Assembly: GCA_028715785.1 (NCBI GenBank) | Contig: JAQURC010000001.1 | Span: 204,766 to 268,765 of the forward strand | Direction of reading: 5' to 3' | Origin: Candidatus Omnitrophota bacterium | GTDB taxonomy: Bacteria; Omnitrophota; Gorgyraeia; Gygaellales; Profunditerraquicolaceae | DNA length: 64,000 bases | Shown here: positions 49,627 through 58,915 of the stretch, in pieces | How the letters are laid out: the number at the start of each line of letters is the position of its first letter | How positions within the stretch are numbered: the stretch's first letter is position 1 | Program-made: the position numbers and the translations under genes | The notes under the pieces: model-generated | Told to the model about the DNA's origin: nothing | Databases searched by the model: none | What the model saw: only the letters and a program-made list of their open reading frames with translations

Positions 49627-50094
49627 ATGGAAGAATTATCTACTTCAGTTAGTCAAACATTAAAAATAGGCAGGAAGCTGGCGCGTAATCTTACCGGAGG
49701 CGAGATCATTCTTTTATCCGGTTCACTAGGCGCAGGAAAGACGGTTTTAGCCAAAGGGATCGCGCAGGGCCTGGGGATTAATAAGGATAATGTGATCAGC
49801 CCGACCTTTGTTTTGTTACGTGTGCACCAAGGCAAACATTTACTGCAGCATTTTGACCTTTACCGTGTTGGAACCATCGAGGATATTTTTAGTTTAGGGT
49901 ATGAAGAGTATTTTTACTCGCAAGCGGTGACGATTATTGAATGGCCCGAACGGTTAAAATTCCTCTTGCCAAAGGAATTTTTAAAGATTAAGCTATTGAC
50001 AAAGGCCAAGAATAAAAGGCTGCTTAAATTCAGCGCTAAAGGCAGAAGACATAAAGGATTATTGGAAAAAATCCATGAAGATACTCGGCATTGA
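49627..50094 (+). CDS. tsaE: tRNA t6A biosynthesis ATPase TsaE
   Basis: P-loop GSLGAGKT. Size is right. Confidence 0.8.
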   Translation: MEELSTSVSQTLKIGRKLARNLTGGEIILLSGSLGAGKTVLAKGIAQGLGINKDNVISPTFVLLRVHQGKHLLQHFDLYRVGTIEDIFSLGYEEYFYSQAVTIIEWPERLKFLLPKEFLKIKLLTKAKNKRLLKFSAKGRRHKGLLEKIHEDTRH

Positions 50095-50752
50095 TACGAC
50101 GACCAAAAACCTTTGCCTGGGGGTTTATGCCGGCGGTAAGCTCTACGAATATAATCTTGAGGTAGGCAGGAGCCTTTCGGAATTACTGGCTCCGACGATC
50201 CAGAGGGTGGTTGCGGCGGCAGGGTTAAAAATAGCGGATATCGATTATTTTGCCTGCGGCCTGGGCCCAGGGTCTTTTACCGGCATGCGTATCGGCCTGG
50301 CCACGATCAAAGGATTAAGCCTGGTCAGAAATAAACCGGTTATCGGCATATCTTCGCTGGATATCTTAGCCGGCAATGTCGGGCCGACAGAGCGGCCGAT
50401 TGTTACCGCTCTTGATGCCAGAAGGGGGCTTATTTACTGCAGCTCTTATAAATATGAGAGGGGATCGCTAAAACGTAAAAGCCCGTATTCTCTTTTAAGT
50501 TTAGATGAATTTTTAAAAAGATTCCGCGCTGCCAAGCCGGTAATTTTAGGAGACGCTTTAGCCTTATATGGAAACAGAATATCAACCGGCATAAAAGGCG
50601 CGGCTGTTTTGGACAAGGATTATTGGGGTTTGAAGGCGCATAATCTTATGGAGTTGGCCCTGGTAAAAATCAAGGCCAGGCAATTTACTTCGGCGCTGAA
50701 TGTAAAACCAATTTATTTATATCCCAAAGAATGCCAGATAAAGACAAAATAG
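50075..50752 (+). CDS. tsaB: tRNA t6A biosynthesis protein TsaB
   Basis: N-terminus MKILGIDTTT. Inactive Kae1/YeaZ family. Confidence 0.8.
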   Translation: MKILGIDTTTKNLCLGVYAGGKLYEYNLEVGRSLSELLAPTIQRVVAAAGLKIADIDYFACGLGPGSFTGMRIGLATIKGLSLVRNKPVIGISSLDILAGNVGPTERPIVTALDARRGLIYCSSYKYERGSLKRKSPYSLLSLDEFLKRFRAAKPVILGDALALYGNRISTGIKGAAVLDKDYWGLKAHNLMELALVKIKARQFTSALNVKPIYLYPKECQIKTK

Positions 50753-51852
50753 GTTACCGGCCCACCTGGGCAGAGGTCAACCTGAATAATTTAGAACATA
50801 ATTTCAAAGAGGTTAAAGCTCTCCTTGAGCCCCGGACAAAAATCCTGGTTACCGTAAAAGCCGATGCTTACGGCCATGGGTTGGTCCCCGTCGCCAAGAG
50901 ATTGTCCGCCTGCGGCGCGGATTATTTAGGGGTTGCTTCTATTGATGAAGGGATAAAATTAAGAAAGGCAGGCATAAAAACACCCGTCTTGCTCCTTGGC
51001 CTGATCCTGAAAAAAGATATCCGGCCGCTTTTTACCTATTGCTTTACTCCGACGGTTTGCGATCAAGAAATGGCTTCTGCCATTGACACTATGGCCGCTA
51101 AGCTAAAAAAGAAAATAAGCTTACATATAAAAGTGGATACCGGCATGGGCAGGATCGGAGTTTTGCCTGATGGCGCGTTTAAATTAGCCAAAGATATACA
51201 TAAGCTTAAGCACGTCAGGATTGAAGGTATTTTTACGCATTTTGCCTTTGCGGATCTTGACCGCAAGTTTACCGATTATCAAGTCAATTTATTTGAGAAG
51301 CTGGTGGGTGATTTAAAGAAAAGCGGTATCGTTATCCCCCTGGTGCACGCCGCTAACAGCATCGGCTTGATCGACTACAAAGACAGCCATTTTACCATGG
51401 TCAGGCCGGGTCTGGTCATCTATGGCTTGTATCCTAAAGAGCGGCTGCGCATAAAATTAAAACCCGTTTTAAGTTTAAAGACCCGGATTATTTTTATTAA
51501 ACGTGTCCCCGCAGGCACCGGCATAAGTTACGGCCGCACTTATATAACTAAACGGCCAAGCCGCATTGTTACTTTGCCTATTGGTTACGGCGACGGTTAT
51601 CCGCGCAACCTTTCCAATTTAGCCTGGCTTTTGATCGGAGGCAGGAGATTCCGCGTCGCCGGCCGGATTTGTATGGATCAGATCATGGTTGATATCGGCA
51701 ATTTCAGGCCGAAGGTCGGCGATGAAGTTGTCTTAATCGGAGAGCAGGGCAGGCAGAAAATTACCGTTGAAGAGCTTGCTGAATTATCCGGCACCATTCC
51801 TTATGAGATTGTCTGCGGTTTAGGCAGCCGCATCCCCCGAATTTATAAATAA
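50731..51852 (+). CDS. alr: alanine racemase
   Basis: PLP-binding lysine motif VTVKADAYGHG. Confidence 0.85.
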   Translation: MPDKDKIGYRPTWAEVNLNNLEHNFKEVKALLEPRTKILVTVKADAYGHGLVPVAKRLSACGADYLGVASIDEGIKLRKAGIKTPVLLLGLILKKDIRPLFTYCFTPTVCDQEMASAIDTMAAKLKKKISLHIKVDTGMGRIGVLPDGAFKLAKDIHKLKHVRIEGIFTHFAFADLDRKFTDYQVNLFEKLVGDLKKSGIVIPLVHAANSIGLIDYKDSHFTMVRPGLVIYGLYPKERLRIKLKPVLSLKTRIIFIKRVPAGTGISYGRTYITKRPSRIVTLPIGYGDGYPRNLSNLAWLLIGGRRFRVAGRICMDQIMVDIGNFRPKVGDEVVLIGEQGRQKITVEELAELSGTIPYEIVCGLGSRIPRIYK

Positions 51853-51853
51853 A

Positions 51854-51899
51854 GGGGACGGTTCTATCTTTCAAAAAAACGCTTGATAGAACCGTCCCC
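51854..51899 (+). repeat. REP palindrome (left flank of the transposase)
   Basis: GGGGACGGTTCTATCTTTCAAAAAAACGCTTGATAGAACCGTCCCC, a perfect 15-bp stem. Confidence 0.7.
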
Positions 51900-51959
51900 T
51901 CTTTATTTTAGTTAGATTCTCTCTTCTTTTGCGTCAATTGTAGTAAAAGGAGGGTTTTT

Positions 51960-52514
51960 ATGCCTAGGGCTAAACGGATAATTCCAGAAAATTCGGCTTT
52001 ACATGTTATCAGTAGGGGCAACAACCAAAATATTATATTCCATAGTGATAATGATAAACTACGCTACTATACGCTATTACGAAGCCTAAAAGAGGAGAAT
52101 AAAATCGATATTTTTCATTATTGCTTGATGAATACCCATATTCATATCATTTTAAATCTTAATCCAGATAGTGCTTTATCAAGATTCATGAAGCAGTTAA
52201 ATTTGACTTACTTTCATTATTACCGAAAAAAGTATGGTTATTTTGGCCATTTTTGGCAGGACAGATTTAAGAGTAATATTATCGATACGGATTCGTACCT
52301 GTTGCAATGTGGTAAATATATTGAACTTAATCCTGTCCGCGCAGGTATGGTGAATTACCCAGGAGAGTATTCATTTTCGAGTTATAATTATTATGCCAAT
52401 AATAAACCGGATGAGCTTATTACTTTAAGCCCGGCATATCTTGGATTATCAGATTCTGCTAAAATAAGACAAGAGCAATATGTTAATTTTGTGGTTGATA
52501 GCAATATAATATAA
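51960..52514 (+). CDS. REP-associated tyrosine transposase (IS200/IS605-like Y1 HuH transposase)
   Basis: HuH motif NTHIHII and C-terminal YIELNPVRAGMV, typical of these transposases. Flanked by identical REPs. Confidence 0.8.
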   Translation: MPRAKRIIPENSALHVISRGNNQNIIFHSDNDKLRYYTLLRSLKEENKIDIFHYCLMNTHIHIILNLNPDSALSRFMKQLNLTYFHYYRKKYGYFGHFWQDRFKSNIIDTDSYLLQCGKYIELNPVRAGMVNYPGEYSFSSYNYYANNKPDELITLSPAYLGLSDSAKIRQEQYVNFVVDSNII

Positions 52515-52520
52515 AATCTA

Positions 52521-52566
52521 GGGGACGGTTCTATCTTTCAAAAAAACGCTTGATAGAACCGTCCCC
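52521..52566 (+). repeat. REP palindrome (right flank of the transposase), identical to 51854-51899
   Basis: Same 46-nt sequence in direct orientation. Confidence 0.7.
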
Positions 52567-52575
52567 TACCTAGAT

Positions 52576-53676
52576 TTAAGGGAGTTTGGCGATAAGATAG
52601 AGGCTGGTGGATAAGACGATCATGTGGCTTAATGAGGCGGATAAAGCGGGCATAAGCAACCCGGATTTTCCCAGCGCCAGGCACACGGCATCCAGGACAT
52701 AGTAAAAAAATCCCACCATAATCGATACTCCGATAGCCGACATTCCCGTGGCGCGTTTACGCATCATCAGCGAAAAAGGGATCCCCAGAAATATGATTAT
52801 TACGCTTGTAAACGGCGAACTAAACCGCTGGTAAAGGTCCACCTTTAAATTCCGGATGATCCCCGTTGCCCCGCTCTTGGAAAGCCTCCAGATATAATTC
52901 TGCATCTGGCGTATATTCATCTGTTCCGGCTTTTGCCTTAAGGACGCGATGTCCTGCGGAGTTTCCGGTATGCTCATGATTTCTTCTTCCATGTAAATCG
53001 GCTCATCGATTACCTGCCCGTTCTGGTCAAAACTATAAGTGATCGTCTGGAAAAACCTCCACAGCCCGTCCTGATAGACGCCCTTGGAAGCAATAATTTT
53101 TTGGGTCAGGTTCTGGTGCTGGTCATGCTCGAGGATAGTGATCCCTTCCATGGTTTTGGTGCCAAGTGAAAATTTATTGATGAAAAATAACCTGTTCCTT
53201 AATCCGTACATCGAAAGGTTGGTGATCGTTTCGGCTGTTGCGGGTTTATTTTTTATTGCGTCTTCTTCTATCTGGGTTTTGATCTTTTGATTTTCAACCA
53301 AAGAAGGAGGGACTAACCTGTCGCTTACCCAGAATACCGCCAGGCTGATTAGTAAACCAAAAATCAGAGCGTCTCTGGCAATCTCAAATATACTCAAGCC
53401 GCTTGAACGCATGGCAATTATTTCATTATTATGATTGAGCCTGCCGAAGGTATAGACCGTGCTTAACAGGCAGGCAAAGGGAGAGACTTGTACGAATATT
53501 ATCGGAAGATATGATAAATAATAGCGGACCAAAAGCGCTAAAGTTGCCCGGTGTTTCAATATCTCGTCTAAATTTGAAAGCAGGTCAATAACAATATAAA
53601 GAAAGAGGAAAACAAAAAGACAGGAAAAAAATATGGTGACGATCGATTTTAAGATATAGCGGTCTAAGATGCGCAT
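52576..53676 (-). CDS. lptG: LPS export permease LptG (YjgP/YjgQ family)
   Basis: Six-TM permease with a periplasmic beta-jellyroll insert. Paired with an upstream paralog. Confidence 0.7.
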   Translation of the reverse strand: MRILDRYILKSIVTIFFSCLFVFLFLYIVIDLLSNLDEILKHRATLALLVRYYLSYLPIIFVQVSPFACLLSTVYTFGRLNHNNEIIAMRSSGLSIFEIARDALIFGLLISLAVFWVSDRLVPPSLVENQKIKTQIEEDAIKNKPATAETITNLSMYGLRNRLFFINKFSLGTKTMEGITILEHDQHQNLTQKIIASKGVYQDGLWRFFQTITYSFDQNGQVIDEPIYMEEEIMSIPETPQDIASLRQKPEQMNIRQMQNYIWRLSKSGATGIIRNLKVDLYQRFSSPFTSVIIIFLGIPFSLMMRKRATGMSAIGVSIMVGFFYYVLDAVCLALGKSGLLMPALSASLSHMIVLSTSLYLIAKLP

Positions 53677-54767
53677 AGTTTATAGGTTAAGTAGCCTCCA
53701 ACTCCGGCAAATATAATATTTGGGATCCAGCAGGCAAGGGTGGCGGGAATGGCCCCTTCGATGGCCATTGCCACCAGGCCTATATACAAGGGATAATAGC
53801 AGATGATAATCAGCACGGCAATCCCGATGTTAATGGTTTTTTCGCGCCGGCGCGTAATGATCCCCAGCGATGAACCCAGGAGCATAAACACAAAACAGGA
53901 AAATGCCAAAGCCAGCTTTTCATGTATCTTGGTAATCAGGGGGGCAGGGCTTATCCCTTCGTTTTTTAATTTTTTCGCCTCTTTCTTTAATTCCCGAATG
54001 GTCATTTCTTTGTATTTTTTATCCACAACCTTATCCTGCATCTGGGCCATATCCAGGTTCATAAAATAAGTGCGGAAATTAAGCTTATAAAAGTTAGTGG
54101 GGTTTTCCGGGTCCGGTTCATCGCTTGTTCCGTCGATGAGTTTTAATTTTATGGCGTTTTTTCCTGGAATGGTGATAAATTCCCCGGCGCGGGCGACAAT
54201 CGTGCGCGTGGGCTTGTCTTCGCCTTGCGGTTCATAAATGCGGATGTTGTTGAGCCGGTTCTTTTTCTGGTCCACATGATAGATGAAAAGGACGTATTTC
54301 TGGAAGGAGTCGATAAATACCCCTTCTTCGAATGCCGCGGTAGGATTTTTTATCCCCATTTCCTGCAGGACCCTGCGGTAAGCAAAATGCGCGTAAGAGG
54401 CCGCCTGATCGTTAAAAACCGCCAGCGCCAAACTTAAAGCCAGGCCGATGGTCAATAAGGGGAGGATCAATTTAAACAAATTTATTCCGCTTGCCCGTAT
54501 TGCGATCACTTCGTTATCTCCGGATAACCTGCCAAAAGCAAGCAGTATCGCCACCAGTATCGATATGGGCAGGGTATAGGTAACGATATAAGGAGTAAGA
54601 TAGATAAAAATCTGCACCACGCTGAAGATGTCCACTCCTTTATTGATGACTAAATCGGCAATGCGTTTTAAATTGCCGATCAATACCATCAGGAAAGTTA
54701 ATGTTCCAAGGCATAGAAGCAGGGGCCCGATAAATTCCTTCAAAATATAATTACGCAGTATTTTCAT
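53664..54767 (-). CDS. lptF: LPS export permease LptF (YjgP/YjgQ family)
   Basis: Paralog of the previous gene, overlapping it by 13 nt. Confidence 0.7.
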   Translation of the reverse strand: MKILRNYILKEFIGPLLLCLGTLTFLMVLIGNLKRIADLVINKGVDIFSVVQIFIYLTPYIVTYTLPISILVAILLAFGRLSGDNEVIAIRASGINLFKLILPLLTIGLALSLALAVFNDQAASYAHFAYRRVLQEMGIKNPTAAFEEGVFIDSFQKYVLFIYHVDQKKNRLNNIRIYEPQGEDKPTRTIVARAGEFITIPGKNAIKLKLIDGTSDEPDPENPTNFYKLNFRTYFMNLDMAQMQDKVVDKKYKEMTIRELKKEAKKLKNEGISPAPLITKIHEKLALAFSCFVFMLLGSSLGIITRRREKTINIGIAVLIIICYYPLYIGLVAMAIEGAIPATLACWIPNIIFAGVGGYLTYKLCAS

Positions 54768-54768
54768 T

Positions 54769-55494
54769 TTAGTTGGCTAAAGTCATTAAAAGGACTATCT
54801 TGGCTCCGGCTTCCTTTAAACTTTTAGCTGCTTCGTTTGAGGTGGCCCCGGTAGTCAATACGTCGTCGATAAGCAGTAAGTTTTTGTCTTTAATCAGCTG
54901 CGGTTTGGTAACCAGAAAGCTTTTCTCTACATTGCGCATGCGCTCCTGCGGAGTTAGCTCCGTTTGAGTCCTGGTCGGTTTATTGCGGATCAACCCGTCA
55001 GTTAATACCTCTTTATCAAATTCCCTGCCTATCTGCCGGCTTAAAATTTCGGCCTGGTTGAATTCCCTTTCTCTTTGCCGGCTTTTATGCAGCGGTACCG
55101 GGACGATGAAATCAAGATGTTCAATCGGTAAATTATAATCCCGGATAAAAGTATTTATAATCGAGCCCAAGGGCTCACCCAGATAATCTTTGCCGCCATA
55201 TTTAAATTCATGGATCAATTTTTTTATCGCGCCCGTATATAGGCAGGGGCTGAATGCCCGGTCAAAATAGAATTTTACGTTTGAACAGCTTGCGCAGGCG
55301 TTTTTCTCGATTGCTTTGGCGTCCAGGTGCCTGCCGCATGAGGCGCAGAAAGGAGGCAGGTTCTTTTCGACCTTGTCCCAGCAAGCGGGGCAGACTAAAT
55401 CCCGCTCTTTGGCTGCTTCGATCCTGTTTTTACAAACCAGGCAGTAGTTTGGATAAATTAAATCCTTTAATCCTTTAAGCAGGCCGGACAACAT
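54769..55494 (-). CDS. ComF family protein (zinc ribbon + phosphoribosyltransferase domain)
   Basis: CLVC…CPAC and CASC…CASC ribbons. PRTase motif LLIDDVLTTGAT. Start placed at MLSGLL, but the ORF is open to 55677. Confidence 0.65.
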   Translation of the reverse strand: MLSGLLKGLKDLIYPNYCLVCKNRIEAAKERDLVCPACWDKVEKNLPPFCASCGRHLDAKAIEKNACASCSNVKFYFDRAFSPCLYTGAIKKLIHEFKYGGKDYLGEPLGSIINTFIRDYNLPIEHLDFIVPVPLHKSRQREREFNQAEILSRQIGREFDKEVLTDGLIRNKPTRTQTELTPQERMRNVEKSFLVTKPQLIKDKNLLLIDDVLTTGATSNEAAKSLKEAGAKIVLLMTLAN

Positions 55495-55570
55495 AAAGAT
55501 ATAATAACAATGAAAACCGGCTTTGTCAAAGTAATTGACAGCCGGCTGTATCGAGAGTAGAATTATTGTC

Positions 55571-56131
55571 ATGAAAAAGACAAACCCCGCGGAATTAAAG
55601 GAAAAATTATTTAAATTGTTGAATAAAGATGCCCTGAAAAGAGGTAAATTCGTGCTTTCTTCGGGTAAGGAAAGCAATTATTATCTTGACGGCCGGGTAA
55701 TTACCCTGACTCCGGAAGGCGCGTATCTGGCTGCCGGAATTATCCTGGATATGATTAAAGATGAAGCTGTGGATGCTATCGGCGGCCCGACTTTGGGGGC
55801 TGATCCTATTGCGGGGGCGCTGGCTGTTTTAAGCTATATAAATAAACAGCCGATTAAGTGTTTCATTGTGCGCAAACAGGCCAAAGAGCATGGGACGCAG
55901 AGGCAGGTTGAAGGGCCGGAGCTAAAAAAAGGCGATCGGGTAATTCTTATCGATGACGTGGCGACCAGCGGCAAAGCAATCCTGGAGGCTAAACAGGCAT
56001 TGGATAAAATCGGGGTAATCGCCGGGAAGGCAATCGTAATTGTCGATCGCGACCAGGGGGCTGTTGAAAATTTAGCCAAAGCGGGTTTAAAGTTGGAGTC
56101 AATCTTTCAAATCGCCGATTTTGGCCTCTAA
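55571..56131 (+). CDS. pyrE: orotate phosphoribosyltransferase
   Basis: PRPP-binding motif VILIDDVATSG. Confidence 0.8.
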   Translation: MKKTNPAELKEKLFKLLNKDALKRGKFVLSSGKESNYYLDGRVITLTPEGAYLAAGIILDMIKDEAVDAIGGPTLGADPIAGALAVLSYINKQPIKCFIVRKQAKEHGTQRQVEGPELKKGDRVILIDDVATSGKAILEAKQALDKIGVIAGKAIVIVDRDQGAVENLAKAGLKLESIFQIADFGL

Positions 56132-56139
56132 ATATTTCC

Positions 56140-57384
56140 GTGGAAAAAATAAAAATCGTAGTAGTCGGCGCAGGGCCATCGGGGATGATGGCGGCAATCC
56201 GGGCGGCAGCTCTTGGCCGGGAGGTAACCCTGCTTGAAAAAAAGAGCACCCTGGGCAACAAACTCCTTTTAAGCGGCAAGGGCCGCTGCAATCTCACCAA
56301 TACCGAAGATCTTCAGGATTTCCTCAAGCGTTTTTCTAAAGGCGGCGATTTCTTAAGGGATGCTTTTAAAAAGTTCTTTCATTCGCAGTTGATTGCTTTT
56401 TTTGAAGAGCGCGGCTTAAAACTAAAAGTTGAGCGCCAGATGCGCGTCTTCCCTCAAAGCGACCGGTCTTCCGGCGTCCTGGATATATTAAAAAAAGAAT
56501 TGGAAAAACTTGGCGTAAAGATTATTTGCAAGAGCCAGGTTATTGATTTGCTGGTTAAAGACGGGAAAGTCCGGGGGGTACGTTTAGAGGATGAAAAAAT
56601 TATTACCGCTGATCGGATAATTTTAGCCGGCGGAGGGGCAAGTTACAGTCTTACCGGTTCCGACGCATCAGCAATAAATATCGCTAAAAAATCCGGCCAT
56701 ACCGTTGTGCCTTTGCGGGCAGGTTTGGTTGCTTTGGATGTAAAACAAAGTTACCCTAAAAGATTGGAAGGTTTAACCCTGCGTAATATCCGGCTTGAGT
56801 TTTCCGGCGGCAAAACGCAGATTATTTCCGAGGTTGGGGAATTAGTTTTTAGCTCAACCGGGATATCCGGGCCGCTGGTGATTACTTTAAGCGGCAGGGT
56901 GATCGATTTGCTGGCGGCAGGCAAAAAAGTTTACGTGGATATAGATTTAAAGCCGGCGTTATCTATCGAACAACTGGATGGCCGCCTGCTTAGGGAGTTT
57001 AAAGCTAATTCTAAAAAAATTATCCAGAATACGCTTAAAGAATTATTGCCCCTGCGTTTGATTAAAGTTTTTATGGATACCACGGGAATCGCTCCGCTTA
57101 CAAAATGCAGCCAGATTACTCAAGAGCAAAGGCAAAAGATAATTTCTTTACTCAAAAGTTTCCGAATGGAGATTTCCGGGCCGCGGCCCCTTGAAGAAGC
57201 TATGGTTACTCGCGGCGGAGTCAGCTTAAAGGAGATAAATCCGCGCAGCATGGAATCGCGCCTGATCAAGGGCCTGTATTTTTGCGGGGAGATGATCGAT
57301 GTGGACGCCGATACCGGCGGATTTAACCTTCAGGCGGCTTTCTCGACGGGATATTTGGCCGGAGAAAATGCAGCATCAAGTTAA
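56140..57384 (+). CDS. HI0933/BaiN-like FAD-dependent flavoprotein
   Basis: Dinucleotide motif VVGAGPSGMMAA. Family length about 410 aa. Confidence 0.7.
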   Translation: MEKIKIVVVGAGPSGMMAAIRAAALGREVTLLEKKSTLGNKLLLSGKGRCNLTNTEDLQDFLKRFSKGGDFLRDAFKKFFHSQLIAFFEERGLKLKVERQMRVFPQSDRSSGVLDILKKELEKLGVKIICKSQVIDLLVKDGKVRGVRLEDEKIITADRIILAGGGASYSLTGSDASAINIAKKSGHTVVPLRAGLVALDVKQSYPKRLEGLTLRNIRLEFSGGKTQIISEVGELVFSSTGISGPLVITLSGRVIDLLAAGKKVYVDIDLKPALSIEQLDGRLLREFKANSKKIIQNTLKELLPLRLIKVFMDTTGIAPLTKCSQITQEQRQKIISLLKSFRMEISGPRPLEEAMVTRGGVSLKEINPRSMESRLIKGLYFCGEMIDVDADTGGFNLQAAFSTGYLAGENAASS

Positions 57385-57410
57385 AGTTATATTTACGGGT
57401 GACGAGACTT

Positions 57411-57553
57411 GATTCGAGCAGCATCTCAAAAATTTGAGCGGGCATGGTTGCCCACAATAAATGTTTCGGCAGAGCGAAAATTTTTGCCGAAGCGCAGCGA
57501 GCCACGCTGGGGCGAGCAAGCGGTGCTGCGAGAACAAGGCTCGGCAGGACCCG
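57411..57553 (+). repeat. structured intergenic repeat, copy C
   Basis: Left half matches copy A almost exactly. Middle matches copy B. Confidence 0.6.
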
Positions 57554-57565
57554 TAAATAATATAT

Positions 57566-58915
57566 ATGATGAGCAAAATTTACTTAGCCTCTAAATCCAA
57601 AGCCAGGAAGAAGCTGTTAGAGAAATTCGGCCTGAAGTTTAAAGTCCTTTCCTCTAAAATTAAAGAGAATGACCGGCGCGGAAATTTATCCTACGCGCAA
57701 TTAGTTAAAAATAACGCGCGCGACAAGGCCAGAGAAGTTGCCGGCAGGGTAAAAGAGGGTATTATTATTGCCGCCGATACGATCTGCGTGCAGGATGGGA
57801 AAATATTCGGCAAGCCCAAAAACATACGCGTTGCCCGGATTATGCTTAAGAAATTATCGAGTGCGCCGCAATGGCTTTATACCGGCCTGGCAGTTATAAA
57901 AAAAGATAAGGGCAAAGATCGAATCGCCATTGACTATGAGAAAACAAAAGTTTATATGGATCAATTAAGCGATAGAGAGATCAATAATTATTTCAAGCAG
58001 GTTTCTCCTTTGGATAAAGCGGGGAGTTTTGACATTCAAGGCAAGGGGGCATTTTTTATCAAGAAGATAGACGGTTGTTTCTATAATGTCGTCGGCCTGC
58101 CTTTGCGGAAACTTTATCGTATTTTTCAGAAACTGGGGGTGTTGTCTTTAATTTGTTTTGCCTGGGCGCTCTCCGGCTGTTCCACCGAGTATAATCTTGC
58201 CACCAAACAGGAGGAAAAATATTACTACAGCACGGATAAGGAAGTAGCTATGGGCCAGGCGATCAACCGCCAGGTGGAGAAGGAATTAAAATTTTCCAAC
58301 GACCCTTTACAGAAGAAACGCGTAGAGGATATCGGCAAAAAAATAGCCGCGGTAAGCGACAGGAAAGAGATCGATTACTATTTTCAGGTTTTGGATGATG
58401 ATACGGTAAATGCCGTTTCTTTGCCCGGAGGCTATGTCTATGTCAACAGCGGATTATTGGATAAGGTTTCCAGCGATGATGAACTGGCCTGCGTTTTGGC
58501 GCACGAGGTAGGCCATATCGTCGCCCGGCACAGTATCAAAAAACTCCAGGCAATGCAAAGTTATTCCATATTAAGATTGTTAGTGGCTGTAACTCCTGCT
58601 CCCGGAACAGGGGAAGTAGGCTCTGCCGCGGATGCCGCTTTTTTGCAATTTCTTCTGGGTTACAGCCGCGAGGATGAGCTGCTGGCGGACCAATTGGGTG
58701 CCCGCTACGCTAAATTGGCAGGTTATGACCCGCACGGCATGATCACTTTTCTGACCAGGCTGCAGGATATAAACCGCAGGATGCCGCTTAAGGAGCGTTC
58801 CTATTTTAAAACCCACCCCTATGTGCCTGACAGGATCAGGGTAGTTAAGCAGGAACTGGGGGAGCAAATCAGCTTCGGGGATTATATCAACATTGAACAA
58901 GAAACTCACAAATAA
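57566..58915 (+). CDS. maf: Maf nucleotide pyrophosphatase (residues 1-191) joined in frame to a lipoprotein M48 zinc peptidase (from GTG 58139)
   Basis: Maf N-terminus IYLASKSKARKKLL. Then signal peptide VLSLICFAWALSGC and the HEVGHIVARH motif. No stop codon lies between them. Confidence 0.6.
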   Translation: MMSKIYLASKSKARKKLLEKFGLKFKVLSSKIKENDRRGNLSYAQLVKNNARDKAREVAGRVKEGIIIAADTICVQDGKIFGKPKNIRVARIMLKKLSSAPQWLYTGLAVIKKDKGKDRIAIDYEKTKVYMDQLSDREINNYFKQVSPLDKAGSFDIQGKGAFFIKKIDGCFYNVVGLPLRKLYRIFQKLGVLSLICFAWALSGCSTEYNLATKQEEKYYYSTDKEVAMGQAINRQVEKELKFSNDPLQKKRVEDIGKKIAAVSDRKEIDYYFQVLDDDTVNAVSLPGGYVYVNSGLLDKVSSDDELACVLAHEVGHIVARHSIKKLQAMQSYSILRLLVAVTPAPGTGEVGSAADAAFLQFLLGYSREDELLADQLGARYAKLAGYDPHGMITFLTRLQDINRRMPLKERSYFKTHPYVPDRIRVVKQELGEQISFGDYINIEQETHK

